Counted from the stretch's first letter, positions 47,374-56,735 are shown. The stretch: DNA of 64,000 nt from Candidatus Peregrinibacteria bacterium GW2011_GWF2_43_17 (GCA_000999315.1 LCFW01000001.1:11637-75636); one strand, 5' to 3'. Notes: generated by a model not told the origin, from the letters alone. Made by a program: numbers and translations.

Positions 47374-48165
47374 TTAAAAATTTATATTCGATATGCCGCT
47401 GACCAGCGCGTATGAAAGGGCGACCACGATAATGCCTACGATTGAGTAAAGAATGATATTTGTAGCCTTTTTAACGTCTTCTTCGTTGCCTCTTGCCGTA
47501 ACATACAGAATGCCCGAGTAAACCAATGCCACGAATACTATCGTGCTGGTTATATACAGAATGATATTTATCGCTTTCGGGAGAACGTCCTTTATTAAAT
47601 CGCCTCCCGGCAGAGATGCTCTTTGTGAGTTGGGAGACTTTTCTATCAATTCTTCTTCGGATGGCAAAAGTTCGTTGAGTTTGTCGTCCAATGTGGCTTC
47701 TTCCGCTTGCGCCGTGTCGGCTTTGAATATATTCGCATCCAAATTCAACGAGCCGATAATTGATACTATCGCGTATGAGAATATGGCAAGTAAGAGGCCT
47801 ACCAGAGCGAATATGATGGTTTTTTTGGCCGAGCCCACTTGTTCATCGTTGCCGTAAGCTGTCAAGAGTCTTATGCCTCCGATAAGCATTCCGACAAACG
47901 ATACGACTCCGACTATGCCTATAAATCCGGCTATGAAGCCGGGGATGGCTTGGTTTTTGAAGTAATCCTGGACGTCTTGTTGCGAAGCTCCTTCCGTCGC
48001 TCCGGGTAAAAGGTCAGGTTTCGGGATGGTTGGGGCTACGGTGTTTGTGTCTTCTTCTTCGGTCGGGGTGTCGTTGGCTGTGGCGTTCGCGATTTTTGCC
48101 AAAGACGGAGTGACAAGGTTGAGCGCGATGACTGCGAATGTGAGAAGTATTAAGATTTTTTTCAT
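47374..48165 (-). CDS. Tandem double TrbC/VirB2-like pilin
   Basis: Two units: GGIRLLTAYGNDEQVGSAKKTIIFALVGL and SGILYVTARGNEEDVKKATNIILYSIVGI. Confidence 0.82.
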   Translation of the reverse strand: MKKILILLTFAVIALNLVTPSLAKIANATANDTPTEEEDTNTVAPTIPKPDLLPGATEGASQQDVQDYFKNQAIPGFIAGFIGIVGVVSFVGMLIGGIRLLTAYGNDEQVGSAKKTIIFALVGLLLAIFSYAIVSIIGSLNLDANIFKADTAQAEEATLDDKLNELLPSEEELIEKSPNSQRASLPGGDLIKDVLPKAINIILYITSTIVFVALVYSGILYVTARGNEEDVKKATNIILYSIVGIIVVALSYALVSGISNINF

Positions 48166-48166
48166 A

Positions 48167-48844
48167 TTAATTTGTGAAAAATGTTGGGTTGATCGTGTAA
48201 AGTATCAATGCCGATAAAAACAGGAGCGCCAAACCCGCGAGAGCCTGAGTGATTCTGTTTTTCGCGGAACTGATATCTTCTCCTCTCGATGCGGTGATTT
48301 GGATGCCGCTAATGACTATGAGAAGGACGCAAATGATGCCGACGATGCTTGCCGCCCATCTGTAAAGTTGCATCGCGTAAAATTTGAGCAAGTTGATGCC
48401 GGAAGTTGAGATGATGAGCTGGATCGGGGTGCATAAGTCGGCGATGTTTTCGCAGGCTACCGGGTCATCTTCGTATACGCTTATGATTTCGCTTGTGCAC
48501 CTGCCGTCTTCCGTGAGGGAGTCTTTACAGCAGTAACCTTTGTAGGCGCTTACTATAATCGAACCCGATATGGCTGTTTCCGAATTTTCGGATGATAAAG
48601 ATTCGGAAAGTTCCACTACGCGGGCCGTTTTTGGGTCGAAATCATTTCCAAGCATAGAGCCTGCTTTTTCTTCGATGAATGTCGTGAATGAGTATGATGC
48701 GGTTGTCGGGTCGTCGTCTTCACATTTGTGTGTGAGTTTTTCTTCGGTTAACGCATCCTCCGCTGTATCCGCGAGCGCTATTGCGTTCGGCAGAAACAGA
48801 AGCAGTAAAAGCGAGATCGAAATTAAGATTTTAGCTTTGAACAT
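48167..48844 (-). CDS. TrbC/VirB2-like pilin with Cys-rich variable domain
   Basis: SGIQITASRGEDISSAKNRITQALAGLALLFLSALILYTINP; several Cys in the N-terminal domain. Confidence 0.8.
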   Translation of the reverse strand: MFKAKILISISLLLLLFLPNAIALADTAEDALTEEKLTHKCEDDDPTTASYSFTTFIEEKAGSMLGNDFDPKTARVVELSESLSSENSETAISGSIIVSAYKGYCCKDSLTEDGRCTSEIISVYEDDPVACENIADLCTPIQLIISTSGINLLKFYAMQLYRWAASIVGIICVLLIVISGIQITASRGEDISSAKNRITQALAGLALLFLSALILYTINPTFFTN

Positions 48845-49304
48845 ATAGAAGAGATTGAACGAATGTTACGAGTATGTACGAAGTCAGAGAGAGTATCAGA
48901 CCGATAATCGCTTGAGTGATGATGGCTTTACCTTTTTGGACTTTGCTGTCGTCGCCTTGCGAGGAGAGCATGAGCAAGCCTCCGATTATGATCAGAATCA
49001 TGCAGAATGTGCCGATAACTTTTATAAGAAAATCTATTACGTCGAGGATGAAGCCGAGGATTGGTGCTTGATCCTCGTCGTCAAGATAGCCTTGTTCTTG
49101 TCCTTCTGTTGTCAGAAGTTCTCCAACGTCAAAGGATCCCAAACTGTCGTATGTCGGTGTATCGGGCGTAGGGTCGGTGTCGGATCCGCTTGCACCCGAG
49201 TCGATTCCCGTATCTGTGGTGCTTTCCTCCGCCATCGCGATGTTCGTTTGAGCGATCAGAAGGGTTGTAATTGCCAAGATTGTGAGTACGAATTTTTTAA
49301 TCAT
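48831..49304 (-). CDS. TrbC/VirB2-like pilin
   Basis: Signal peptide ending AMA; GGLLMLSSQGDDSKVQKGKAIITQAIIGLILSLTSYILV. Confidence 0.8.
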   Translation of the reverse strand: MIKKFVLTILAITTLLIAQTNIAMAEESTTDTGIDSGASGSDTDPTPDTPTYDSLGSFDVGELLTTEGQEQGYLDDEDQAPILGFILDVIDFLIKVIGTFCMILIIIGGLLMLSSQGDDSKVQKGKAIITQAIIGLILSLTSYILVTFVQSLLYVQS

Positions 49305-49310
49305 ATGTTT

Positions 49311-50354
49311 TTAATCTTCAAATTCCATCGGTAAATATTTCATGGCTTCTTCTTTTGTGATTTTGCCTGTGGTGGCCAATTCCAAAAGTGAGCGTTTCAT
49401 GGTTTGCATGCCTTCGTTCCTGCTGGTTTCGATAACGGTGTCTATTTGATGCGTGGCTCCTTTTCTGATCAGGTTCGCAGTGGCATGATTTTGGAGCATG
49501 AATTCAACCGCGGGGACTTGGGATTTCGAGTCGGCCGTTTTGACAAGTCTTTGCCAAATTATCGCTTTTAATATTTCCGCGAGCTGGGCTTTGATTTGAT
49601 TTTGCTGATCCGAAGGGAAGACGTCTACGATTCTGCTTATAGTTTTGGCGGTTCCGCTTGTGTGTACCGTGGAAAGGACCAGATGTCCCGTTTCCGCGGC
49701 CGTTATCGCGAGTGAAATTGTTTCCAAGTCGCGCATTTCACCGACGAGAATGACATCGGGACTTTCTCTCAAAGATGATCTTAAAGCTTGCGCGAAATTT
49801 TTGCAGTGTGGGCCGACTTCGCGTTGATTGATTATCGAACGTGCCGGTTTGTGAATATATTCGACCGGATCTTCGATTGTGATTATGTGTTTCGGGTATT
49901 TCTGGTTTATTTCGTTTATGATTGAAGCCAAAGTCGTTGATTTGCCGCATCCCGTCGGACCTGTTACGAGCACGAGTCCGCTGTTCATGTCTACGATTTG
50001 ACGGATTGCTTGCGGGAGCCCCAACTCCTCAAACTTCGGGATATCGGCGGCGATCAATCTGAAAACCCCGCCTATTCCGTTTCTTTGTTTGAAAACATTT
50101 ACTCTGAAGTTTGCAATTTCCGGGACGGAAACCGAAAAATCAAGATCTTCCCCGGAGTCGAATAATTGTTTTTGTTTATCCGAAAGAAGTTCGAAAATAT
50201 ACTCTTCCGTGGCTTCGCGAGTCAGTACGGGGTGGTCCTTGATTGCGACGATATCTCCGTTGATTCTGAGGCATGGTTTCGCACCCGCTTCGAGTAACAG
50301 ATCCGACGCCTTATATTGATTTACCGTTTTTAGAAGTTTGTCGAGCTTTAACAT
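49311..50354 (-). CDS. pilT: Type IV pilus retraction ATPase (PilT/PilU family)
   Basis: ASDL, GPTGCGKST, TIEDPVE, LRESPDVILVGEMRDLET, AAETGHLVLSTVHT, ANLIR. Confidence 0.95.
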   Translation of the reverse strand: MLKLDKLLKTVNQYKASDLLLEAGAKPCLRINGDIVAIKDHPVLTREATEEYIFELLSDKQKQLFDSGEDLDFSVSVPEIANFRVNVFKQRNGIGGVFRLIAADIPKFEELGLPQAIRQIVDMNSGLVLVTGPTGCGKSTTLASIINEINQKYPKHIITIEDPVEYIHKPARSIINQREVGPHCKNFAQALRSSLRESPDVILVGEMRDLETISLAITAAETGHLVLSTVHTSGTAKTISRIVDVFPSDQQNQIKAQLAEILKAIIWQRLVKTADSKSQVPAVEFMLQNHATANLIRKGATHQIDTVIETSRNEGMQTMKRSLLELATTGKITKEEAMKYLPMEFED

Positions 50355-50433
50355 TGAGGTGTTTTAATCGTATTATTATACCATAGAAAGCGGAATTACA
50401 GAAGACAGAATTACAGAAAAAAGATAAAAATCC

Positions 50434-50452
50434 CTTTCGGCTACAAACAGCT
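50434..50452. repeat. Internal remnant of the tilS MITE family
   Basis: ctttcggctacaaacagct is the exact reverse complement of 39146-39164. Confidence 0.65.
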
Positions 50453-50466
50453 ACGTAATTCAGAGT

Positions 50467-51426
50467 TTAATCCCTTATTTCCGCGAAAATCTTCTTTATA
50501 TCGTCATAAGATTCAACTTGGACCAGTTTACTTCTGTATTTTGATGCGTCTTTGAATCCTTTGATGTATGCGGCGAGATGTTTTCGCATTTCAAGAAGTC
50601 CTCTTCGGCCGCGCATTTTTATGTCTATTTTTGCGTGTTTGAGAATAAGCGGGATTTTTTCTTCGAGAGAGGTTGGTGGAGTATATTTCTTTCCTGTTAA
50701 TGCGGATGCGATTTCGGCCATAATCCACGGATTGCCGAAAGTTGCTCTGCCGACCATGATGCCATCGAGTTTTTTGAGCCTTTTTAGGGCGATTTCGGCT
50801 GACGTGATGTCGCCGTTGCCGATGACCGGGATTTTCAGGTGTTTTTTTGCGAGGTAAATCGGTTCCCAGTCGGCTTTGCCCGAGAAGCCTTGCGCGGTTG
50901 TTCTGCCGTGGATTGTTAGCGCTTGTATGCCCGTTTGTTCCAGCATTTTTATGAAATCCAGAAATTGTTTTTCGTTGTAAGTTTTAAATCCGATGCGCAT
51001 TTTTACGGATACGGGGAGCCTGGTTGCTTTTACGGTTGTGCGGGCGATCTCTTCAGCGAGTTTCGGTGTAGTCAAGAGAGCCGAACCGTGCATTGAGTTC
51101 ACAACTTTTCTTGCCGGGCAACCCATGTTTATGTCTATTCCGTCGGCGCCTTGGCTTGCTACGATTTTTGCGGCTTCGCTGAAAAAATCCGGGTTTTTGC
51201 CGAAAAGTTGGACTATAAACGGGCGTTCTTTCTTTTTGTTAAATTCTAAAAATTCCAGAGTTTTCTCACCTCCGAATTTTATGCCATCAGCGCTTATTAA
51301 TTCTGTTACGCAAATGGTTTCCGGTGCGATTTCTTTTACGATTTGTCGAAAAGGGGAGTCGGTGTATCCTGCCATCGGGGCGAGGAGGAGCATGGGTTTT
51401 TTATATTTCGACCAAGAAAACGGCAT
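50467..51426 (-). CDS. dusB: tRNA-dihydrouridine synthase (DusB-like)
   Basis: LAPMAGYTD, IDINMGCP, PVSVKMR, TIHGRT, GNGDI, MVGRA; ATG start chosen at 51426. Confidence 0.93.
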   Translation of the reverse strand: MPFSWSKYKKPMLLLAPMAGYTDSPFRQIVKEIAPETICVTELISADGIKFGGEKTLEFLEFNKKKERPFIVQLFGKNPDFFSEAAKIVASQGADGIDINMGCPARKVVNSMHGSALLTTPKLAEEIARTTVKATRLPVSVKMRIGFKTYNEKQFLDFIKMLEQTGIQALTIHGRTTAQGFSGKADWEPIYLAKKHLKIPVIGNGDITSAEIALKRLKKLDGIMVGRATFGNPWIMAEIASALTGKKYTPPTSLEEKIPLILKHAKIDIKMRGRRGLLEMRKHLAAYIKGFKDASKYRSKLVQVESYDDIKKIFAEIRD

Positions 51427-51472
51427 AGACGAATAGACTAATAGACTTATAGCCACATAGTACCATGGTTTT
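51425..51472. repeat. Octamer tandem repeat filling the intergenic space upstream of dus
   Basis: atagacga atagacta atagactt atagccac atagtacc atggtttt. Confidence 0.7.
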
Positions 51473-52229
51473 ATTTCTTGACCTTAACTTTCGGTTTGGA
51501 CTCTTCCGCGTTTGTGATGAAAATTACGTTTTCGGATGCCTCGTCTCTGTAGTCCGGATGATCGTTGACGCTTGCGCCGGTTGTAAGGATTGTATTTTCG
51601 GTTTCTTCTTCAAAAAGTCCCGCCAAGATGTATTCGGTTTCATATCCCGCGTAAGAATAAGCAAATACGTTCCCGGCAGAGTCGGTTTGTCCGTCCATCG
51701 GATCGTATGGCATTTCATCTCCAAGCAATGCAACCAGTTCGTTCGTATCCGGATATGAGCTGTTTTCCTCGAAATATTTTTCAACCGACTCTTCGATGAT
51801 TTGTAAATCCGCAAGCCTTTGGTTGTTTCTGATTTCGGTTTCCGATACCTCTTCCTTGGGTTGTTCTTCGGTGACAGGTTCTTTTTCCGGTGCTGTTTTT
51901 TCGATTTTATTTCCGAAAATCTTGAAATATATGAAAACTCCGCCTCCGATTATCGCGGCGATCAATATTATGGCTATCAAATTAAGCAAAATTCCGTGAG
52001 AAGGTTTTTTTGCTATTGGTGTTTCTGTCGAAATTATCGTTTCTTCAAGTTTCGGCGTTTCGAGTTCCGCCAATATGGTTTTCGCTGATTGGTTTGTCGG
52101 ATCTATTTCGAGAACTTCTTTGCATCCCGTGATGGCATCATCTTTTTTGCCTTGAGCTTGCCATTCTTTGATTTGAGTAATGGCGTCTTGGATGGTTGCG
52201 TTTTGAGGTTGTTGATTTATTGGGTCCAT
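51471..52229 (-). CDS. Bitopic membrane protein with TPR-like N-terminus and a pilin/GspG-like extracellular domain
   Basis: CKEVLEIDPTNQSAK; one TM; RNNQRLADLQIIEESVEKYFEENSSYP...PYDP...YSY...YILAGLFE. Confidence 0.65.
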   Translation of the reverse strand: MDPINQQPQNATIQDAITQIKEWQAQGKKDDAITGCKEVLEIDPTNQSAKTILAELETPKLEETIISTETPIAKKPSHGILLNLIAIILIAAIIGGGVFIYFKIFGNKIEKTAPEKEPVTEEQPKEEVSETEIRNNQRLADLQIIEESVEKYFEENSSYPDTNELVALLGDEMPYDPMDGQTDSAGNVFAYSYAGYETEYILAGLFEEETENTILTTGASVNDHPDYRDEASENVIFITNAEESKPKVKVKK

Positions 52230-52235
52230 AATTTT

Positions 52236-52802
52236 TTAAAATAAATTGTCGGATTTTTCGGAGCCGAGTTTGGGGATTACGTTCTCGATAGCTCCCCATT
52301 CGCTCTCGCCGTGATCGGGTACCACAAGGGTGATTTCGTCGCCGGATTCGGCTTTGAAATATGTTACCGATGCGAGAAGTACGTTGTATGCATGTCCTTC
52401 GGCCAATACTTTGTATTTGCCATCTTCGTATGTCAGGACGCCTTTAATTTTCTTTCTTTCGATCGGACCGATTTGTTTATAAAGGAACGTGCCGTCTTCT
52501 TTGATTGTTAATTTAAGGACATCACCCGGTATCAGTTTCGATTTGGATGCGTAATTTGCCGGGACGGGATAAGTTTTTTGGTTCGGACCTATCATATTTT
52601 GCCCGTCAAAAACTCCTTCAATAATTTGGTCCTCTCCGTCTTCGCCGACAGAAAGTTCGGCCGCGGCTTTTTCGAGTTTTTCTTTTGCACCGGACTTGCC
52701 TCCGGCGATTTCGTTTAAGATTTTTTTCGCCGATTTCAAATTGCTTTCCGCCGTTTCCAGCATTTCTTTAGCCAAAGCAATTTTTGCCACTTGAGATGCC
52801 AT
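52236..52802 (-). CDS. Conserved hypothetical protein (CPR-type)
   Basis: IIEGVFDGQNMIG...YPVPANYASKSKL..GD.LKLTI..DG.F.YKQIGP; function unknown. Confidence 0.85.
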   Translation of the reverse strand: MASQVAKIALAKEMLETAESNLKSAKKILNEIAGGKSGAKEKLEKAAAELSVGEDGEDQIIEGVFDGQNMIGPNQKTYPVPANYASKSKLIPGDVLKLTIKEDGTFLYKQIGPIERKKIKGVLTYEDGKYKVLAEGHAYNVLLASVTYFKAESGDEITLVVPDHGESEWGAIENVIPKLGSEKSDNLF

Positions 52803-52888
52803 AAATTATTTGTTTTTATTTTTGTATCTGTAAATTATACCAAAAAAACGTTCGACTTTCAATGCCAATATTCGAGGGGTGTTTTTAA

Positions 52889-53800
52889 CTAGTTTAACAT
52901 ATAGACAACCTTGTCTCCCGTTTGACCGGATATCCGGAGGTCTATGTATTTCAAATCCTCCTCATAAATATCGAGCTTTGGGAGTGATAATTTGAGCTTG
53001 AGGAGTTGTTCGTCTACCGTAAGTTCCGTGTCCAGCCACACATAAAAATATCTTTCGGTTTGCAGGTGTACTTCGCGTGCGATTTTGTAGTAAGTGGTGT
53101 CCAAAATTTGCATGCCGAATTTGCTTTCAAAATCGTTTATCGCTTCAAGGATAAATTGTAAAATCTCGGGTTTTATCACTTCTTGATTCTCGGTCGGGAC
53201 CTTATCCGTTTCGAAATAGACGTAGGGGAGTGAAAGGTCTTCCGTATCCGTATTTATGGCGATCCCGTTTTCATTTATTATGAATTTTCTGCTTATGCCG
53301 TCTTGTTCATATATCAGGTTTGCAACCATCGCGTATTCTTCAAGTTCAAGGATGAGCGTGCCCGGCAGGGATTTCTTAATATTGACTTTTTTGTATTGCG
53401 GGTAGGTTGATTTCAAATAATTTTCTTCGTCGGCTTCGTTTAACAAAAAGATGTTTGTGCCTTTGAAGTTTTGCATGTAGGCGAGTATCGGATTTTCGTC
53501 TTCGACTTGAATTTGGTCATGGTCGTAATCCGTTTTTTTTATCGCGAAAATATCGGAAATTATAAATATGTAAGAAATGCCGTAGAGGGTTAACCCTATT
53601 AATATGAGGACGATCGGTCTTAATATTTTCGAGAAACGTCTTTGAGTGAGTCTGTTTTTCAGAATTTTCTTTTCGGTGTTTGTTTCGAGAAATCCGGTTT
53701 TTTTAATCGGTTTCTTTCTTGTTATATTCGAAAGATTCGGGCGGTAATGCCCCATAGTGCCCATGGTTTTTCCGATTCTTTTCTTTTTGAAAAAAAACAT
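52889..53800 (-). CDS. ftsQ: Cell division protein FtsQ/DivIB-like
   Basis: Basic N-terminus, single TM, POTRA-like GTNIFLL...KKSLPGTLILEL, C-terminal YIDLR. Confidence 0.8.
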   Translation of the reverse strand: MFFFKKKRIGKTMGTMGHYRPNLSNITRKKPIKKTGFLETNTEKKILKNRLTQRRFSKILRPIVLILIGLTLYGISYIFIISDIFAIKKTDYDHDQIQVEDENPILAYMQNFKGTNIFLLNEADEENYLKSTYPQYKKVNIKKSLPGTLILELEEYAMVANLIYEQDGISRKFIINENGIAINTDTEDLSLPYVYFETDKVPTENQEVIKPEILQFILEAINDFESKFGMQILDTTYYKIAREVHLQTERYFYVWLDTELTVDEQLLKLKLSLPKLDIYEEDLKYIDLRISGQTGDKVVYMLN

Positions 53801-53824
53801 TCGTGTTTGTTTTGCTCAAAACAG

Positions 53825-53992
53825 CTAGCAGTTCTCGAGAAACGCTTGTTTTGCCGCCTTAATGGCGTCTTGTCTTGCCACGCTTTTTATTCTTGCCTTG
53901 GCTTTATTCTTCTTGACCCTTTGTTTGCTCTTGGGTCTCGTGATGTTTACTTTTGTGTAGCCGTGTTGATGGCTTGCCAATCCGCTTGTCAT
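53825..53992 (-). CDS. Small highly basic protein, 55 aa (absent from the supplied ORF track)
   Basis: MTSGLASHQHGYTKVNITRPKSKQRVKKNKAKARIKSVARQDAIKAAKQAFLENC; ATG...TAG; fills the gap in a same-strand gene run. Confidence 0.65.
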   Translation of the reverse strand: MTSGLASHQHGYTKVNITRPKSKQRVKKNKAKARIKSVARQDAIKAAKQAFLENC

Positions 53993-54025
53993 AGGGGTAA
54001 AATTAATAGATAGTAGATAGTAGGT

Positions 54026-54364
54026 TTAGTGGCATCCGCCGTCGCAGTTTCCGCAACAACCTCCGCATCCTCCGTCTTCTTTTAGGTTGGGGTTGTTTAT
54101 TTTAAACCCGTCGGCTTCTTTAATAAAGTCTATTTCGCATCCGTCTATTAAAGGGATGCTTTCTTTCGGTACCGCGATCGTGATTTCGCCTGATTTGGTC
54201 GTGACAGAGTTTTTTTCACTTTTCTCGATGAAATCCATGTAATATTGGAAGCCCGCGCACCCTCCCGGGAATACGTCGAACTTCAATATATATCCGATTT
54301 TCTTTTCCGCTTTTTGCATCTTTTTAACCTCGCTTGCCGCCGTTTTGGTGAGTTTTATTTTCAT
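54026..54364 (-). CDS. Fe-S cluster assembly accessory protein (IscA/HesB/ErpA family)
   Basis: IKLTKTAA, GGCAGFQY, IDF, FKINNPN, Cys-rich tail. Confidence 0.9.
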   Translation of the reverse strand: MKIKLTKTAASEVKKMQKAEKKIGYILKFDVFPGGCAGFQYYMDFIEKSEKNSVTTKSGEITIAVPKESIPLIDGCEIDFIKEADGFKINNPNLKEDGGCGGCCGNCDGGCH

Positions 54365-54813
54365 GAGAATGATGATTCAAGAATATGTGTTTCGTTTGGA
54401 ATTGCGATGTCCGTTGCCACTTCTTTTGTTACGATGATCTCGGTGTAGCTCTCGAAATCTATGGTCGTGTCCGTGGATTGATAATCAAATGTCCAAGAGG
54501 TTTCGTTTTTCTGAAGAGTGCCCAAATTCATGGTTGAGAAAGGGCTCAATCTTACCAGCCAAATTATATACGAGGATCCTTCTTCCGGATCGGGGAGCGT
54601 GGTTTCCAGGGTTAAGTCGTATGCGCCATTTTCGAAATATCGTGAAGCCGTACCTTTTACGCTTGAATCCAAAGGATCCGTCAGGTTGGCTTCACTGTCG
54701 AATTGGGTTTTCATCATGTTTGCCGACAGGAAAGGCGTGATTGCGGTTCCCAAGAACAGCATTACGAGAATTAACGGGATTGCGGACGACATTATTTTTT
54801 TGCTTGATAACAT
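54361..54813 (-). CDS. Exported or membrane-anchored hypothetical protein (RskA C-terminal-like)
   Basis: N-terminal TM; LPDPEEGSSYIIWLV...LGTL...IIVTKE. Confidence 0.65.
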   Translation of the reverse strand: MLSSKKIMSSAIPLILVMLFLGTAITPFLSANMMKTQFDSEANLTDPLDSSVKGTASRYFENGAYDLTLETTLPDPEEGSSYIIWLVRLSPFSTMNLGTLQKNETSWTFDYQSTDTTIDFESYTEIIVTKEVATDIAIPNETHILESSFS

Positions 54814-54907
54814 GGTTTCCGATGATTTAAATTTACATGCCTCGCAAGCTTAATTTTTTTTAATCCATTTGTAAATGGAATCTGATGTGAGTATACTTTT
54901 TTTACTT

Positions 54908-56728
54908 ATGGGGATTTTAAAGAATAAAAAATTCTTGGGTTTGGTGGCGGTTGTCGCAGTACTTCTGTTTGGATATTTCAAGTGTTCCTCGAATGGTGAT
55001 TCGACGGAGTATGAATTTGCGGATGCTTCTTATCGGGATGTTCTTCAAGAGGTTTCCGTGACCGGTACGGTGGAGGCCGATCCGAAGATAGAATTAAGAT
55101 TTCAGATTTCGGGAGAGGTTAGCGCTGTGAATGTCGAAGTTGGGGATAGCGTTTTGGCGGGGAATACTTTGGCGGCGCTGGATGCCACTTCTTTATCCAT
55201 TAAAAAACAGTCGGCCGAGGCGGATTTGGCTTTGGCGCAAGCGAAATATGATCAGGCAATTGCCGGCAGTACCGATGAAGCGATAGTTGTTGCGCAGGCA
55301 TCTTTGGATAAGGCGCAGGCGGATTTTGATAAAGCGAATCAAGATTATGAAAGTACTCAGGTTTTGGCTGAAGAGTCTTTGAATTCTGCGCAGTTGGTTT
55401 ATGATTCGGCTTTGACCGATTATGATAATGCGTTGGCTACTTATGGCGAAGATGTTGTTCATGCGTATGAGGATTTATATAACAAAGTTGACTCTTCTTT
55501 GAGCGAGGTGAATGACGCAATGCGCGATCTTGATAATATATTGGGAGTTGATGATGAGGATGTGAATGATGATTTTGAATTGGCGCTTGAGACTGCAAGT
55601 GCTGGACAATATGAGAGTGCTCAATCGGAATATGAAGATGTTTCGTGGAGTTATGATGCTTTGTTTGCCGATTTTGCCTTGGCTGATATGAGCGATTATA
55701 CAGGTATAGACTCTTTTGCCGATAGGGCCTATGCGTTACTTTCCGATTTGGATAATTTGCTTGATGATGTTGATGCGCTTTTGGTTGATACTCCCGCAAT
55801 TGGCGGATATTCGCAGACTGTTAAGGATTCAAAAAGGACCATAGTTGCATCTGAAATTACGGATATTGCCAATGCTATTTCCGGATTGTCTTCCGCGATG
55901 CAAACTGCCGAGTCGGCAGTTACATCCGAAGATACGAGTTTGAAAAGTGCGGAAGATGCTTTGTTTTCTGCGGAACAAGCTTTGAGCGAGGCGCAAGTAC
56001 AGGCCGATTCCAATGTTGCTTCTGCCGAGGCGTCTCTCGCGGTTTACGAAGCGTTGGTTGCACAGGCGCAGGCGAGCTTGGATGAGGTTGAAGCTGGGCC
56101 GAGGGATGTGGATTTGGCTGGTCTCCAAGCTTCAATAGATAGTGCGCAGGCGGCGTTGGATTTGGCGCAGTATAATTTGTCTTTGGCTTATTTGACCGCT
56201 CCGGTTTCGGGAATAATTACCGAGGTTAGTTATGATATTGGTGAAAATATTTCAAGCGCGGATGTATTTTTGGTCATGGTTTCGAGCGATTATCAAGTGA
56301 CCGCAAATGTTTCGGAGACCGATATTGCGAATGTGAAGGTTGGAGATAAGGTGAGCATGACTTTGGACGCTTTTTCTTATGATAAAATTTTTGATGGCGA
56401 AATTATTCAAATAGACCCGGCGGAAACAGTTGTGCAGGGCGTGATTTATTATCAAGTGAAGGCGGCTTTCGTATTGCAGGATTCGGAGATAAAGCCTGGG
56501 ATGACTGCGAACATGGATATTGTTACCGCGGAATTGGCGGATGTGTTAGCGATACCTGTGAAAGCGCTTAAATATGATGAGGCGAGGACTTATGTTTTAC
56601 AGGTTAATTCGTTGACTGGCGAGATGTATGAGGCCGATGTTGAGGTTGGAGTGAAGGGTGATCAATATGTTGAGGTGTTAAGTGGGCTTGCGGATGGGGA
56701 TCAGGTGGTGACGTACGTGAGGGAGTAG
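54908..56728 (+). CDS. Efflux transporter membrane-fusion/adaptor protein with long coiled coil
   Basis: VSVTGTV, GEVSAVNVEVGDSV, LTAPVSGII, VSETDI, IKPGMTA, VEVLSGLADGDQVV. Confidence 0.92.
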   Translation: MGILKNKKFLGLVAVVAVLLFGYFKCSSNGDSTEYEFADASYRDVLQEVSVTGTVEADPKIELRFQISGEVSAVNVEVGDSVLAGNTLAALDATSLSIKKQSAEADLALAQAKYDQAIAGSTDEAIVVAQASLDKAQADFDKANQDYESTQVLAEESLNSAQLVYDSALTDYDNALATYGEDVVHAYEDLYNKVDSSLSEVNDAMRDLDNILGVDDEDVNDDFELALETASAGQYESAQSEYEDVSWSYDALFADFALADMSDYTGIDSFADRAYALLSDLDNLLDDVDALLVDTPAIGGYSQTVKDSKRTIVASEITDIANAISGLSSAMQTAESAVTSEDTSLKSAEDALFSAEQALSEAQVQADSNVASAEASLAVYEALVAQAQASLDEVEAGPRDVDLAGLQASIDSAQAALDLAQYNLSLAYLTAPVSGIITEVSYDIGENISSADVFLVMVSSDYQVTANVSETDIANVKVGDKVSMTLDAFSYDKIFDGEIIQIDPAETVVQGVIYYQVKAAFVLQDSEIKPGMTANMDIVTAELADVLAIPVKALKYDEARTYVLQVNSLTGEMYEADVEVGVKGDQYVEVLSGLADGDQVVTYVRE

Positions 56729-56735
56729 AGCCGAG

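Noticed and set aside
52236-52802. Ribosomal protein L7/L12 label sometimes attached to this type of CPR protein
   Set aside because: The sequence lacks the L7/L12 C-terminal motifs; left as conserved hypothetical
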